Source: Bacteroidales bacterium
GTDB taxonomy: Bacteria; Bacteroidota; Bacteroidia; Bacteroidales; JAAYJT01
Direction of reading: 5' to 3'
Length of the DNA: 64,000 nt
NCBI GenBank assembly: GCA_049654165.1
Contig: JBASHR010000091.1
Span: 9,524-73,523 of the forward strand
The notes under the pieces: model-generated
What the model saw: the letters and a program-made list of their open reading frames with translations, nothing else
Told to the model about the DNA's origin: nothing
Database searches by the model: none
Program-made: the position numbers and the translations under genes
In this document: positions 9,801-19,389 of the stretch, piece after piece
How positions within the stretch are numbered: position 1 is the first letter of the stretch
Layout of the letters: each line of letters starts with the position of its first letter

Positions 9801-9824
9801 AACCTAAAGCTGGTAATACAATAA
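6819..9824 (+). CDS. Secreted M28-family aminopeptidase with dockerin-like module, cohesin-like domain and T9SS C-terminal sorting domain
   Basis: Signal peptide 'LLVLALSFRPEVQAQ'. M28 blocks 'GAHYDA', 'GADDNASG' and 'PAEEFGLYGS'. Dockerin-like 'GDSNCDGIVNVIDV...DVTGDNIINILDV'. C-terminal domain 'VYPNPAKSDFIIEV'. Confidence 0.85.
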   Translation: MRKLTLLSLLVLALSFRPEVQAQQSRTIEEAIAFYVDKVNADSIHNHIQALQDFGTRFCLADNHRDIAVWLKNKFISYGYSDTKLDSFAFNYNYGSTYYQTWQYNVIATYPGFVNPDKVYIMGAHYDAIVPSSSNPFVIAPGADDNASGVAAALEVARIMKKYGYVPESTIKFIAFPAEEFGLYGSWDYANKAYSQGMNIEFMLNNDMMSYCTLPPEQWKVDIIKYPNSPQVTNLARYIAENFTPLTVVETTQYMQQSDSWPFYSKGYKAVFLMEDQFTPYYHTVNDLLIHSNMAYTAEMVKISMGMLVHENGTGIIAGATCGDPLVVDLPLNYTGSTELYGNHYLPNWIVTNPTYLSNYIAGNDLVFSFTLESNSILSGNISCPAGNRAGVFILDECPDIFNPPTVIQFAGGNSGGSFSQLLLPAGDYYAIVANWPQPMHTSFTLNLDAVEASQQPELVANPANLNFGSVVIGNQSAVRTVKIRNHGSQPLNITSLTLTGEDLDQFSINSQPALPLTIEFGETTDIGVVFNPIQPGLYSAFLTISGNIPDVVNIPLNGSGMDSVMIYTPFAQDFTSVVPGQLPAGWYATMANWTVVNSNHAGGEAPELMFSGTSGVNGSYRLVMNPVNAQSNNILTLKFRSMLSDNPGNQNPFSLKLQSSFNGGMNWSDQWVLNPSSSLPAQQYSVDLGSLAGEKFLLAWVFEGEPNSINAWYIDNIILTGEENPILAGDSNCDGIVNVIDVITTINYVLNLNPTPFCFENADVTGDNIINILDVIGTVNIIIGGVKSDIAGIESNEAYITLNSNSIDIVSDGTLAGIQFELIGKNLESTDFWLELSDYEFAYRVHKNKLTGIIYSLDNRPLPYGEVRLIRFGDQRHDIKWGQVIAGNVKAEEVEVVKSSLNNLSFTSDDYKLMVYPNPAKSDFIIEVDLPALSETLIQISDMYGRNVMVVNDGYLSEGVHKFTISDKDKLRPGFYLLNIEARPSGIGNVITRNLKLVIQ

Positions 9825-10102
9825 CTTGTGGGCTTCGGTGTAAGTTTGCCTTATGTTTTTAGAATTCTGATTCAGGAATGTTTTTCAGCTCCTGGAGTTA
9901 TTAGGGCAGATTTGATCTGTTGATTTCTGCGTTTGAAATCATACACAATAGTAAAGCCGGTAGCTTATTGTAAACCCAAGGCTCTTGTGATTATTTGTTC
10001 GCTTGCTTTGTTAGGAGCTTCTCTCTGTGTTAGCTTTGTAATTCTTTCAGCTTATTGGATATACATATTGGGATATTATTTCCAGTTCCTTAAGTTTATT
10101 GC

Positions 10103-10132
10103 ATAAAAAAAGCCGCTTTTTCGGCGGCTTTT
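10103..10132 (-). terminator. Rho-independent terminator after tRNA-Lys (possibly bidirectional)
   Basis: Stem agccgc/gcggct (10111-10116 and 10124-10129). The A-run 10105-10110 on plus gives a U-run on the minus transcript, and TTTT follows on plus. Confidence 0.7.
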
Positions 10133-10133
10133 G

Positions 10134-10206
10134 TGATCCTGTTGGGATTCGAACCCAAGACCCCATCCTTAAAAGGGATGTGCTCTACCTGCTGAGCTAC
10201 AGAATC
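10134..10206 (-). tRNA. tRNA-Lys (anticodon UUU)
   Basis: The reverse complement folds by hand into a 73-nt cloverleaf: GATTCTG/TA/GCTC-AGCAGGTA-GAGC/A/CATCC-CTTTTAA-GGATG/GGGTC/TTGGG-TTCGAAT-CCCAA/CAGGATC/A. CCA is not encoded. Confidence 0.95.
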
Positions 10207-10300
10207 AGTTTTTAATTTTGAGGGCGCAAAAGTATATATATTCCCTGAATTAACAAAATAAAAATTACTAATAAATTATAATTTGCTGTATATTAGTGAA

Positions 10301-10636
10301 TTAAATGTTGATATTTCCATGAATTGCCAGCCAAATGCAAGCCGGTTCGCTACTTGTATAGCTTACTTTATGCCTTTTTCGGGCCGGAATAAGTAGATAA
10401 TCGCCTTTTCTCAGAAAAATATCTTCTTCATGCTCGAAACTCAGTCTTGCTTCGCCTTGTAGTAGAACCACCCATTCGTCAGTATCCTGGTCATACCATT
10501 GATCTTCGGGAGTGGTTTGCCCGGTGGAGATAATTCTTTCAACTCTTATGTTTTTTGCATGGAAGAGTGTTTCAAATACCTCATCTTCTGATCTTTGGAT
10601 TGCTTCAGAAATTTCAAAAATATTATTTGTAATCAT
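10301..10636 (-). CDS. Cupin-domain protein
   Basis: 111 aa. 'WVVLLQGEARLSFE...GDYLLIPARKRHKV' fits the cupin_2 pattern. Confidence 0.75.
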   Translation of the reverse strand: MITNNIFEISEAIQRSEDEVFETLFHAKNIRVERIISTGQTTPEDQWYDQDTDEWVVLLQGEARLSFEHEEDIFLRKGDYLLIPARKRHKVSYTSSEPACIWLAIHGNINI

Positions 10637-10770
10637 TGTAAAAATTGAGTTTGGAAGTATAAAACCTGTTTTTATGATTTTGTTTTCACCGGTTTATCTG
10701 ACCAAAAACATTATTGTACAAATGCAAAGCCTTCGGTAATGCATCATTATATGTTTTATGTACCAAATTG

Positions 10771-11739
10771 TCATATTTCATTCTTTATCAGGTAAATTGT
10801 ATATCCAACATAAATTAACAGTAAAATGGCGGCTTCCCATCTGTCAAGTTGTCTTTTCTTACCGGAAAACATGGCAATAAATAATAAAACTGTTCCCACT
10901 CCTAACAAATATAAATCTTTATTGAAATTAGTATTAAAATCAAGAGGTCTGACCAAGGCGCTTACTCCCAGAATAAAGAAGATATTAAAAATATTTGAAC
11001 CAATAATATTACCAATTGCAATATCATTATTCTTTTTTATAGCAGCAACTACTGAAGTAACAAGTTCCGGAAGCGATGTTCCGGCAGCAACAATAGTCAA
11101 TCCGATAATTTTTTGGCTAATACCCATAATATCAGCTATTTTTACAGCATTTATAACAACGATCTTTCCTCCGCCAATTAAAAAGGTCAATCCCAGAATT
11201 ATAAACGACCATATTTTAAAATTGGAAAATACTTTATGATTTATTTCGATAGGTGGTATATTTTCGGATTTCAAATGCCGAAAGACATAATAAAGGAAAA
11301 AACAGAAGAATGCCAGCAAAATTATACCATCAATATTTGACAAAACTTTGTTTTCGGAAAAAAAACTGTTTGAAAGAAGAAAAAGTACTAAAACTGCAAT
11401 GAATGAAAGTGGAATTTCTTTCCATACAGTGCTTGATTGAACAGCCAGCGGAGTAATTAATCCAGCAATACCGAGTATGGCAAGCAAGTTAAAGATATTA
11501 CTGCCAATTATGTTTCCAAATGCAATGTCAGCATGAGATTGATATGCGGCAAAAGTATTTACAATAAATTCGGGCATTGATGTTCCAAATGCTACTATCG
11601 TCAAGCCAATTGCCAATTCTGATACTTTGTATTTTCTGGCTAAAGCCGACGAACCATCTACCAGCCAGTCAGCACCTTTGATTAATATACCAAACCCAAT
11701 TATTAATAATAAAATTGCAGTTATCATGATATTATTCAT
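10771..11739 (-). CDS. CaCA-family cation/Ca2+ antiporter (YrbG-like)
   Basis: Polytopic membrane protein with the two alpha-repeats 'GTSMPEF' and 'GTSLPEL'. Confidence 0.9.
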   Translation of the reverse strand: MNNIMITAILLLIIGFGILIKGADWLVDGSSALARKYKVSELAIGLTIVAFGTSMPEFIVNTFAAYQSHADIAFGNIIGSNIFNLLAILGIAGLITPLAVQSSTVWKEIPLSFIAVLVLFLLSNSFFSENKVLSNIDGIILLAFFCFFLYYVFRHLKSENIPPIEINHKVFSNFKIWSFIILGLTFLIGGGKIVVINAVKIADIMGISQKIIGLTIVAAGTSLPELVTSVVAAIKKNNDIAIGNIIGSNIFNIFFILGVSALVRPLDFNTNFNKDLYLLGVGTVLLFIAMFSGKKRQLDRWEAAILLLIYVGYTIYLIKNEI

Positions 11740-12181
11740 TCATCAATTTAAGGAGGCTTAGTAATTCAAAAACCAATCCATAATCAAAATTTTATCTTTC
11801 AATCTCATTTCTTTCTTTTTTTCATAAACAGATCAGAATTATTTGATCATTGAGACGAAAATGCTTTGTGTTTGGTTGCTTTAATTATTTGAAACCCAGA
11901 TATTTAGTCAGGCGAAGATTTAATCTGTGAGATTTTGTCCCACAGTCAGTGATCAGAATATTGATAATCATAATATTACTTGCTAATTCCGGTCGGGTAT
12001 ATGAATAGTGTGGGATAAGAGATAATTCATATTCAGTTTGCCAACATGTTTATCAATATGTAATTCGTTCAATTTTAATACCTTAGTCCATACTATGCAT
12101 ACAACTGTTTTCCAGCCATAATATTTCAACTAAACAGCTTGAAGTCAAACAAATAAACAATATTAATTCATCGGATCGCAA

Positions 12182-12790
12182 TCAAACTTCTCCTTTTCCT
12201 TCCCTTATCATCAAAGGCTCGATTCCTGTACAGTCAATAATTGTAGAAGGAACATTGTCGCCGGGTCCGCCATCAATAACAATATCAACTATATCCTTGT
12301 ATTTTTCATAGATGAGTTCCGGATCGGTAGTGTATTCAACGATTTCGTCATCGTCCCGGATTGATGTTGACATTATGGGGTGTCCTAACTCTTTTACAAT
12401 TTCCAGAGGTATATTGTTTTCCGGAATTCTGATACCAAGAGTTTTCTTTCTGCTTTGGAATATTTTAGGCACATTACTGCTGGCGTTCAGAATAAAAGTA
12501 TATGGACCAGGCAAACTATTGCGCATAAGACGGAAAACCTCATTTGAAATGGGTTTGGTATATTCTGAAAGCTGGCTCAGATCGGTAAAAATAAATGTAA
12601 AATTGGCCTTATCTTTTCTTACGCCTTTTATATGCGCTATTCGTTCAAAGGCTTTGGGTTTGAGAATATCACATGCAAGCCCGTAAATGGTGTCAGTAGG
12701 ATAAATGATTACGCCACCATCGTTAAGACATTCGACTACCATTTTAATATGGCGGGCGCTTGGGGTTTCCGGATGAATTTTTAGTAGCAT
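12182..12790 (-). CDS. tsaC: L-threonylcarbamoyladenylate synthase (TsaC/YrdC family)
   Basis: 'YPTDTIYGLACD' YrdC motif. I chose the ATG at 12790 (MLLKIHPE...). The track's extension to 12931 runs through the SRP RNA gene. Confidence 0.85.
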   Translation of the reverse strand: MLLKIHPETPSARHIKMVVECLNDGGVIIYPTDTIYGLACDILKPKAFERIAHIKGVRKDKANFTFIFTDLSQLSEYTKPISNEVFRLMRNSLPGPYTFILNASSNVPKIFQSRKKTLGIRIPENNIPLEIVKELGHPIMSTSIRDDDEIVEYTTDPELIYEKYKDIVDIVIDGGPGDNVPSTIIDCTGIEPLMIREGKGEV

Positions 12791-12827
12791 AGCTTTGTTG
12801 ATTAATTGTACTGAGAACTTAAAAAAA

Positions 12828-12924
12828 GGGTAAGCCAAAAATATCGCACCGCTACAACTGCCTACCCTTGCTTCCTTCCGGACCTGGGGGAGTTCAGCAG
12901 GAGCTGGTCGTATCCGACTTACCC
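12828..12924 (-). ncRNA. ffs: Signal recognition particle RNA (4.5S type)
   Basis: The minus strand reads GGGUAAGUCGG...CAGGUCCGGAAGGAAGCAAGG...UUGGCUUACCC followed by U7. The domain IV motif 'CAGGUCCGGAAGGAAGCA' is nearly identical to E. coli 4.5S. The 5' and 3' ends pair (GGGUAAGUC with GGCUUACCC), and the U-run follows at 12821-12827. Confidence 0.85.
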
Positions 12925-13014
12925 GCTGCAAAGATAGAAATTTTTGGATTATCTTGCGTTTTTAACCTGATATTTAACATTACTTTATAAATTTGCCAAT
13001 TATAAAAAATTACA

Positions 13015-13548
13015 ATGATGGAAGAGAAATCAATGACTCTTAACAAGAATTCCATGATGACCTCAATTTCGGTTGGCGGCGCAATCGTATTGGTATCAAT
13101 TGTTTTATACATTTTCGATCTTGATGCACGTGGTTTCTGGGGTTATCTTATTTATGCAATTCTGCTTGCCGGTATTATCTGGGGAACAAAAAAATTCCGC
13201 GATCACTATAATAACGGATTATTAACCTATGGGCAGGGTATTAAGTCGGGCTTATTGATAGGATTATATACAGGTATCATCAATGCTGTTTATACCTTTT
13301 TGTTTTTTAAGTATTTTGCTCCAGAACAGATAAGTGTAGTGCTTCAAAAATATGAAGAACAAATTCTTGAAAGAACTCCTGATATTACTGATCAACAGCT
13401 TGATATGGCACTTTCAATGACTGAAAAATTCATGACACCGGGATTTATGGCTTTTAACTCTTTGATATACACCCTATTATCTGCCCTGCTTTTATCATTG
13501 ATAGTTGCGATTTTTATGAAACGCAATGTGCAAAAGTCCATTGAATAA
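13015..13548 (+). CDS. DUF4199-like small membrane protein
   Basis: 177 aa with 4 predicted transmembrane helices. The layout resembles the Bacteroidota DUF4199 family. This is recognition by eye only. Confidence 0.55.
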   Translation: MMEEKSMTLNKNSMMTSISVGGAIVLVSIVLYIFDLDARGFWGYLIYAILLAGIIWGTKKFRDHYNNGLLTYGQGIKSGLLIGLYTGIINAVYTFLFFKYFAPEQISVVLQKYEEQILERTPDITDQQLDMALSMTEKFMTPGFMAFNSLIYTLLSALLLSLIVAIFMKRNVQKSIE

Positions 13549-13562
13549 TCAATTATTATTTC

Positions 13563-14507
13563 ATGAACATAACAGTTGTAGTTCCATTATTTAACGAAGA
13601 AGAATCGCTTCCTGAGCTTGTTTCCTGGATTGAAGGCGTAATGAATACCAATGATTTCAGTTATGAAATTATACTTGTTGATGATGGTAGCAGGGATGGT
13701 TCATGGAAGGTGATTGAGCAGTTAAGTGCGAGGAATTCTAATGTGAAAGGAGTTAGGTTCAGGCGGAATTATGGCAAATCAGCCGCTTTGAACGAAGGGT
13801 TTGCACTGGCATCAGGTGATGTGGTTATCACTATGGATGCCGATTTGCAGGATAGTCCTGAAGAAATACCTGAATTGTACAGAATGATCAAGGATGAGGG
13901 TTATGACCTTGTTTCGGGCTGGAAGAAAAAGCGCTATGATTCAAAACTCACTAAAAACCTCCCTTCAAAAATTTATAATGCTGCCACCCGAAGAATGTCG
14001 GGACTGAAGTTGCATGATTTTAACTGCGGTTTGAAAGCGTATAAAAATGAAGTTGTAAAAAACATTGAGATTTATGGCGAGATGCACCGCTATATTCCTA
14101 TGATTGCAAAATGGGCTGGGTTTCAGAAGATTGGTGAAAAAGTTGTTACACATCAGGCAAGGAAATTTGGTACCACAAAATTCGGTGCTGAGCGTTTTAT
14201 TCATGGTTTCCTCGATTTGCTTTCAATTGCCTTTGTAACCCGTTTTGGCCGCAAGCCCATGCATCTTTTTGGTTTACTCGGAACCCTTATTTTTATAATA
14301 GGCTTTTTCATTGCAGGCTATCTGGCGTATGCCAGGATCTTCATGGACGTTTACCGAATGACCGAGCGCCCGCTGTTTTATTTTGGTTTGCTGGCTATGA
14401 TCCTGGGAACTCAACTGTTTCTGACTGGTTTTCTGGCTGAACTCATTGCCCGTAATAACAGCGACAGGAATAAATATCAGATTGAGAAAAGGATAGGTCT
14501 GGAATAA
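13563..14507 (+). CDS. GT2 polyprenol-phosphate glycosyltransferase (GtrB/ArnC/DPM1-like)
   Basis: 'VVVPLFNEEESL', 'DDGSRDGS', the DxD motif 'DADLQD' and two C-terminal transmembrane helices. Confidence 0.85.
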   Translation: MNITVVVPLFNEEESLPELVSWIEGVMNTNDFSYEIILVDDGSRDGSWKVIEQLSARNSNVKGVRFRRNYGKSAALNEGFALASGDVVITMDADLQDSPEEIPELYRMIKDEGYDLVSGWKKKRYDSKLTKNLPSKIYNAATRRMSGLKLHDFNCGLKAYKNEVVKNIEIYGEMHRYIPMIAKWAGFQKIGEKVVTHQARKFGTTKFGAERFIHGFLDLLSIAFVTRFGRKPMHLFGLLGTLIFIIGFFIAGYLAYARIFMDVYRMTERPLFYFGLLAMILGTQLFLTGFLAELIARNNSDRNKYQIEKRIGLE

Positions 14508-14638
14508 AGGGCTTTTAAGAAACCGAAATCTGAAAAATAGAAGGTGTGAAGTGTTTTATAAACATCAAAACAGATAAAAACTGATTGCCTTAATATGATT
14601 TATCAACACAGGGGAATTTTTAATTAATTCTGCCGGAG

Positions 14639-15796
14639 ATGCAAGGAAAAAAAGTAGTAATTATTGGTTCGGCATATCCATTGAGGGGCGGACTTTCAAA
14701 TTTTAATGAAAGACTGGCAAGGGAATTTATCAATGCCGGTTTTGAAACCACAATTTATACTTTCAGCCTGCAATATCCGTCAATTCTTTTTCCGGGTAAA
14801 ACTCAACTTTCGTCAGAACCAAAACCTCATGACCTTGATATCAGGGTAGTGATAAACTCGGTAAATCCTGCAAACTGGGTGAAATGGGGGAGGAAGATCA
14901 GGAACTTGGAACCTGATCTGGTTATCATGAAATTCTGGATTCCTTTCATGGCGCCCTGTCTGGGAACTCTGGCACGCATTATACGCAGGAATCGTAAAAC
15001 CAGGGTGATTACAATTATTGATAACCTTGTTCCACACGAAAAACGACCTTTTGACAATCTTTTAGCCGCATATTTTGCCCGTAGTGTTGATGGTTTTCTG
15101 GCAATGTCGAGGGCTGTGTATGAACAGGTTGAGTTATTTGTGAAAAAGAAGCCAAAAATATTTTCACCTCATCCGGTTTATGATGTTTTTGGAAAAAAAA
15201 CTGATAAGGTAAGAGCAAGAAAAAAGCTAAGCATTGATGAAAACGGAAAATATATTTTGTTTTTTGGGTTCATAAGGGATTACAAAGGACTTGATCTGCT
15301 GCTTGAAGCTATGGCAAATCCGGAAATAAAGGCTCAGAATATAAAGCTGCTGGTTGCAGGTGAATATTATACTGATCCCAAGCCTTATAACCGTATAATC
15401 GAACAAAATGATCTCTCAGATTATGTGGTTTTGCATACCGACTTTATTCCTGATTCTGCAGTGGGGCTATATTTCAGCGCTGCCGATTTGGTGGTTCAGC
15501 CTTACAAAACTGCCACTCAGAGCGGAGTTACCCAGATAGCATATCATTTTGAGGTTCCTATGATAATAACTGATGTGGGCGGATTATCTGAATTTGTTCC
15601 GCACGAGAAAGTGGGTTATATCGTACAGCCCGACCCGGCTTCGATCGCTGACGGTATTCTGAGATTCTTTAAAACTGCTGATAGATCTCATTTTCTGAAC
15701 CATTTAAAAGAAGAAAAGAAAAAATATGGCTGGGACTTCTTTCTTGGAAAGATACTTGAATTAAAAGACATTATTGACACAAAGCAAAGAAACTAA
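14639..15796 (+). CDS. GT4-family glycosyltransferase
   Basis: 385 aa. The C-terminal half 'FFGFIRDYKGLDLL...TDVGGLSEFVPHEKVGYIV' is typical of GT-B retaining glycosyltransferases. Confidence 0.8.
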   Translation: MQGKKVVIIGSAYPLRGGLSNFNERLAREFINAGFETTIYTFSLQYPSILFPGKTQLSSEPKPHDLDIRVVINSVNPANWVKWGRKIRNLEPDLVIMKFWIPFMAPCLGTLARIIRRNRKTRVITIIDNLVPHEKRPFDNLLAAYFARSVDGFLAMSRAVYEQVELFVKKKPKIFSPHPVYDVFGKKTDKVRARKKLSIDENGKYILFFGFIRDYKGLDLLLEAMANPEIKAQNIKLLVAGEYYTDPKPYNRIIEQNDLSDYVVLHTDFIPDSAVGLYFSAADLVVQPYKTATQSGVTQIAYHFEVPMIITDVGGLSEFVPHEKVGYIVQPDPASIADGILRFFKTADRSHFLNHLKEEKKKYGWDFFLGKILELKDIIDTKQRN

Positions 15797-15797
15797 G

Positions 15798-16820
15798 ATG
15801 ATCATAAGAAGCAAAGCACCTTTACGACTTGGATTAGCAGGCGGTGGCTCTGACGTGGCGCCTTATTCTGATTTATATGGAGGAGCAATCCTCAACGCAA
15901 CAATAAATATGTATGCTTATGCTACCATAATACCCCGGAATGATGGTAAAATTGTACTTAATAGTTACGACAGTAAGCAAAGCATTGAACTTAAAGCTGA
16001 GAAAACTCTTGCAATAAACGGAAAACTCGATCTTCACAAAGGGGTTTATAATCGTGTGATCAAAGATTATGTGCACAAGCCACTGGCCTTTGAGCTTACT
16101 ACTTTTGTGGATGCGCCTCCCGGATCAGGATTAGGCACTTCATCTACCATGGTGGTAAGTATTTTAGGGGCTTTTACCGAGTGGCTGAAACTCCCGCTCG
16201 GAGAATATGATATTGCACGCCTGGCATACGAAATTGAACGTATTGACCTTGGTATGGCAGGAGGAAAGCAGGATCAGTATGCTGCTACTTTTGGCGGTGT
16301 GAATTTCATGGAGTTTTTTAAGGATAACAAGGTCATTGTGAATCCTTTGCGTATAAGAAGTACATACCTTAACGAACTGTCATACAGTCTGATACTCTTT
16401 TATACTGAAACCAGCCGGCTTTCGTCAAAGATCATTGAACAGCAGGTTAAAAATGTGTTGCATAATAAAGTAGAATCTATCGAAGCAATGCATCAGCTTA
16501 AAAATCAGGCTATTATGATGAAGGAAGCTTTGCTCAAAGGCGATCTTGACGAAATGGGACATATCCTTGATTTTGGATGGCATTACAAAAAACAGATGGC
16601 TGATGACATTACCAACGAACAACTGGATCATATATATGAAACTGCCCGTAAAGCCGGTGCAAGCGGAGGAAAGATCTCGGGCGCCGGAGGAGGCGGATTT
16701 ATGATATTTTATTGTCCTGAAAACACCCGCGTCAAAGTAATTCAGGAACTTGAAAAGCTGGGCGGAAGGGTCAGACGTTATGAATTTACCACTATGGGGC
16801 TTAGTACCTGGACAGTTTGA
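15798..16820 (+). CDS. GHMP-family sugar kinase
   Basis: Motif II 'PPGSGLGTSSTMVV' and motif III 'SGAGGGGF'. The ATG at 15798 lies 1 nt after the upstream stop, whereas the track start at 15774 is a TTG. Confidence 0.8.
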   Translation: MIIRSKAPLRLGLAGGGSDVAPYSDLYGGAILNATINMYAYATIIPRNDGKIVLNSYDSKQSIELKAEKTLAINGKLDLHKGVYNRVIKDYVHKPLAFELTTFVDAPPGSGLGTSSTMVVSILGAFTEWLKLPLGEYDIARLAYEIERIDLGMAGGKQDQYAATFGGVNFMEFFKDNKVIVNPLRIRSTYLNELSYSLILFYTETSRLSSKIIEQQVKNVLHNKVESIEAMHQLKNQAIMMKEALLKGDLDEMGHILDFGWHYKKQMADDITNEQLDHIYETARKAGASGGKISGAGGGGFMIFYCPENTRVKVIQELEKLGGRVRRYEFTTMGLSTWTV

Positions 16821-16951
16821 TATGTCTGTAAATATCACTCGTCATTGAGGTTCTTAAAAGTCCGGGATAAGAGAATAATTACAGCTATAGTGATATTTGT
16901 TTCAGACCCTGTTGTGAAAATAATTTCAAATCAATCAAAATTTAAAAGTCT

Positions 16952-17485
16952 ATGCAACCATATAGGAATTTCCTTCATTTAGCGCGAAATCGCCACTCTG
17001 TCAGGGAGTTTGATACCAGGGTTATAGAAATGGAAAAAATAAATCATGTTCTTGAGGCAGGCAGAATTGCCCCCTCGGCAGCTAACTTACAGCCCTGGAA
17101 TTTCATTGTTGTAAAGGATGAGCCATATCGTTCCTATGTTTTTGAGGCTTATAACAGGGTGTGGTTCAGGGATGCACCTGTTTATATTGTACTTTGCGCT
17201 GATCATAATATCTCATGGAAGCGTTCGGATGGTAAAGACCATGCTGATATTGACCTTGCTATTGCTGCCGACCATATGACTCTGGCTGCTGCTGAGCTGG
17301 GACTTGGAACATGCTGGGTTTGTAATTTCAACCCTGTCAGACTAAAAGAGCTTTTAAATATCCCTTCTAACTTTGAACCTGTTATAATCCTTCCTTTGGG
17401 ATATCCGCTGGATACAGGCGATCCCGACCGTCATGAAACAAAACGCAAACCATTAAACGAAATAATAAAGTGGAATTGTTTTTGA
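16952..17485 (+). CDS. Nitroreductase-family protein
   Basis: 'RHSVREF' and 'PSAANLQPW' motifs, 177 aa. Confidence 0.8.
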   Translation: MQPYRNFLHLARNRHSVREFDTRVIEMEKINHVLEAGRIAPSAANLQPWNFIVVKDEPYRSYVFEAYNRVWFRDAPVYIVLCADHNISWKRSDGKDHADIDLAIAADHMTLAAAELGLGTCWVCNFNPVRLKELLNIPSNFEPVIILPLGYPLDTGDPDRHETKRKPLNEIIKWNCF

Positions 17486-17617
17486 ACCGGAATCTTAGTG
17501 GCGTAAGCAGCATGAACATAGGCTGTTACATTCAGTATTATTCAAAAATCAACCAAAAGGATTAAAATGTCCTGAAATATTGTTCTTCTATCTTCGTTTA
17601 GGCTAAAAACTCAGTAT

Positions 17618-19348
17618 ATGCGATTTATCTGGACTTATTTTCTTCTGTTTGTATTCCTTTTAAGTAATCATTCAAATCTTTTTGCACAAAATAAATATCC
17701 ACAGGGATATTTTCGTATACCACTTGATCTTACTCCTTCATTATCCGGTACTTTTTCTGAAATCAGATCCAATCATTTTCATTCAGGTATAGACCTCAGA
17801 ACCCAGGGAGTTGAAGGCAAACCTGTTTATGCAGTTGCTGACGGATATGTGGCGAGGATCAGAGTTCAGCCTGTGGGATTCGGAAAGGCCTTATATATTG
17901 AACATTCCAATGGATATACCTCTGTGTACGGGCATCTCCGCAATTTTATCCCCGCCATTCAGAAATATGTTGTTGCAGAACAATACAGAAGGGAATCGTT
18001 TGATGTGGATTTATACCCTGCAGAAGATAAATTCTACTTCAAGAAGGGTGATCTGATTGCATGGAGCGGAAATTCAGGAAGTTCGGGAGGACCTCATCTG
18101 CATTTTGAGATAAGAAATACTGCAAATCAGAACCCGATAAATCCCTTGTTTTTTGGGCTGGACATCCGGGATAATATAGCTCCTGTCATACAGGCTTTCA
18201 AGGTTTATCCTGTAAACGAATATTCCACTGTGAATAATTCGCCGGATAATATGCTGTTCACTGTTACGGCAAATAATAACACATACACCATCAACGATAA
18301 TAAGCCACTTATGATATCGGGCGATGTGGCTTTCGGTGTTCAGTCGTATGACAAGCATAATGCCAGTGAGCTTCGTAACGGCATTGTTTCATTTAAGGTT
18401 TTTATTGACGATGAGCAGGTTTTTTCTTACCGCGTGGATGAGGTTAGTTTTGATGAGACCCGATATGTGAACTCAGTTATTGATTATGAGGAACTTATCA
18501 GAAGTAAACGAAGGTTTATTCAATCCCGGATACTGCCAAATAATCCGCTTAAAATTTACTCATCAGTAAAAAACAAGGGTGTTTTTACTTTTGATGAAAA
18601 CAAAGAATACAAAGTTGCTGTTGAGCTTGCTGATGTGGCAGGTAATAAAGCAGTATTAAAATTTCTGGTTGTTGGAAAACCACCTGTGCATATACCTTTA
18701 AACCGCAGAGAGCATAAAAATGCGGTTCATTTCAGATGGGATCGTCCTAATAGTTTTGAGTCTGAGACCTTTAACCTTGAAATTCCATCCGGTTCATTGT
18801 ATGAGAACATCTGGTTCACATATAAGGAAGAACAGCCAAAAAATGGAACCTTTGCAAAGCTTTATCATGTGCATAATTATTATACACCTTTGCATAATAG
18901 TTTTACGATCTCGATAAAAACGGAGGATATGCTGCCGGCATTGATCACTAAGGCAGTAGTTGCCCGCCTTGATGAAAAGGGGCAATGGGTTTCGGAAGGT
19001 GGCGATTATAAAAATGGCTTTATGACTGCGAAATCAAGAAATTTTGGAGTTTATAGCGTGAAAGTTGACACTCTTGCACCGAAAATCATACCTGTCAACA
19101 TTCAAAACGGAAAAAATATTAGTCAGCAGAAAACCATCAATCTGAAGATCAGCGATTCATTTGCAGGTATTAAGTCATACAGGGCAACCATGAACGGGAA
19201 ATGGATTTTGATGGATTACGACAGGAAAAATGATCTGATAACCTATGAAATTGACGACAGAACATTAAAAGGCAATAATTCATTCTTGCTGGTGGTTGAG
19301 GATAATGTTGGAAATCGCTCGGAGTACAAGGCTAATCTGGTAAGATAA
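17618..19348 (+). CDS. M23-family metallopeptidase
   Basis: Signal peptide, 'HFHSGIDL' and 'GNSGSSGGPHLHFEIR'. Confidence 0.85.
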   Translation: MRFIWTYFLLFVFLLSNHSNLFAQNKYPQGYFRIPLDLTPSLSGTFSEIRSNHFHSGIDLRTQGVEGKPVYAVADGYVARIRVQPVGFGKALYIEHSNGYTSVYGHLRNFIPAIQKYVVAEQYRRESFDVDLYPAEDKFYFKKGDLIAWSGNSGSSGGPHLHFEIRNTANQNPINPLFFGLDIRDNIAPVIQAFKVYPVNEYSTVNNSPDNMLFTVTANNNTYTINDNKPLMISGDVAFGVQSYDKHNASELRNGIVSFKVFIDDEQVFSYRVDEVSFDETRYVNSVIDYEELIRSKRRFIQSRILPNNPLKIYSSVKNKGVFTFDENKEYKVAVELADVAGNKAVLKFLVVGKPPVHIPLNRREHKNAVHFRWDRPNSFESETFNLEIPSGSLYENIWFTYKEEQPKNGTFAKLYHVHNYYTPLHNSFTISIKTEDMLPALITKAVVARLDEKGQWVSEGGDYKNGFMTAKSRNFGVYSVKVDTLAPKIIPVNIQNGKNISQQKTINLKISDSFAGIKSYRATMNGKWILMDYDRKNDLITYEIDDRTLKGNNSFLLVVEDNVGNRSEYKANLVR

Positions 19349-19389
19349 AGCGATATATTTTAGTCGAAAATTCCTTCTTAAAAATAATT

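Noticed and set aside
10826-11239. Antisense 'shadow' ORFs embedded in long genes (for example 10826-11239, 16425-16838, 23333-23659, 62094-62486 and many others in the track)
   Set aside because: Each lies fully inside a well-supported gene on the opposite strand or in another frame. They have low-complexity or odd composition and no recognisable motifs.
12791-12931. N-terminal 47-codon extension of the TsaC ORF given in the ORF track
   Set aside because: It runs straight through the SRP RNA gene and its terminator. The YrdC-domain homology begins at the internal ATG (12790).
16857-16866. 'aaaagtccggg', reminiscent of the RNase P RNA 'GAAAGUCCGGG' core
   Set aside because: The intergenic space is only ~130 nt, and none of the other conserved RNase P regions are present.
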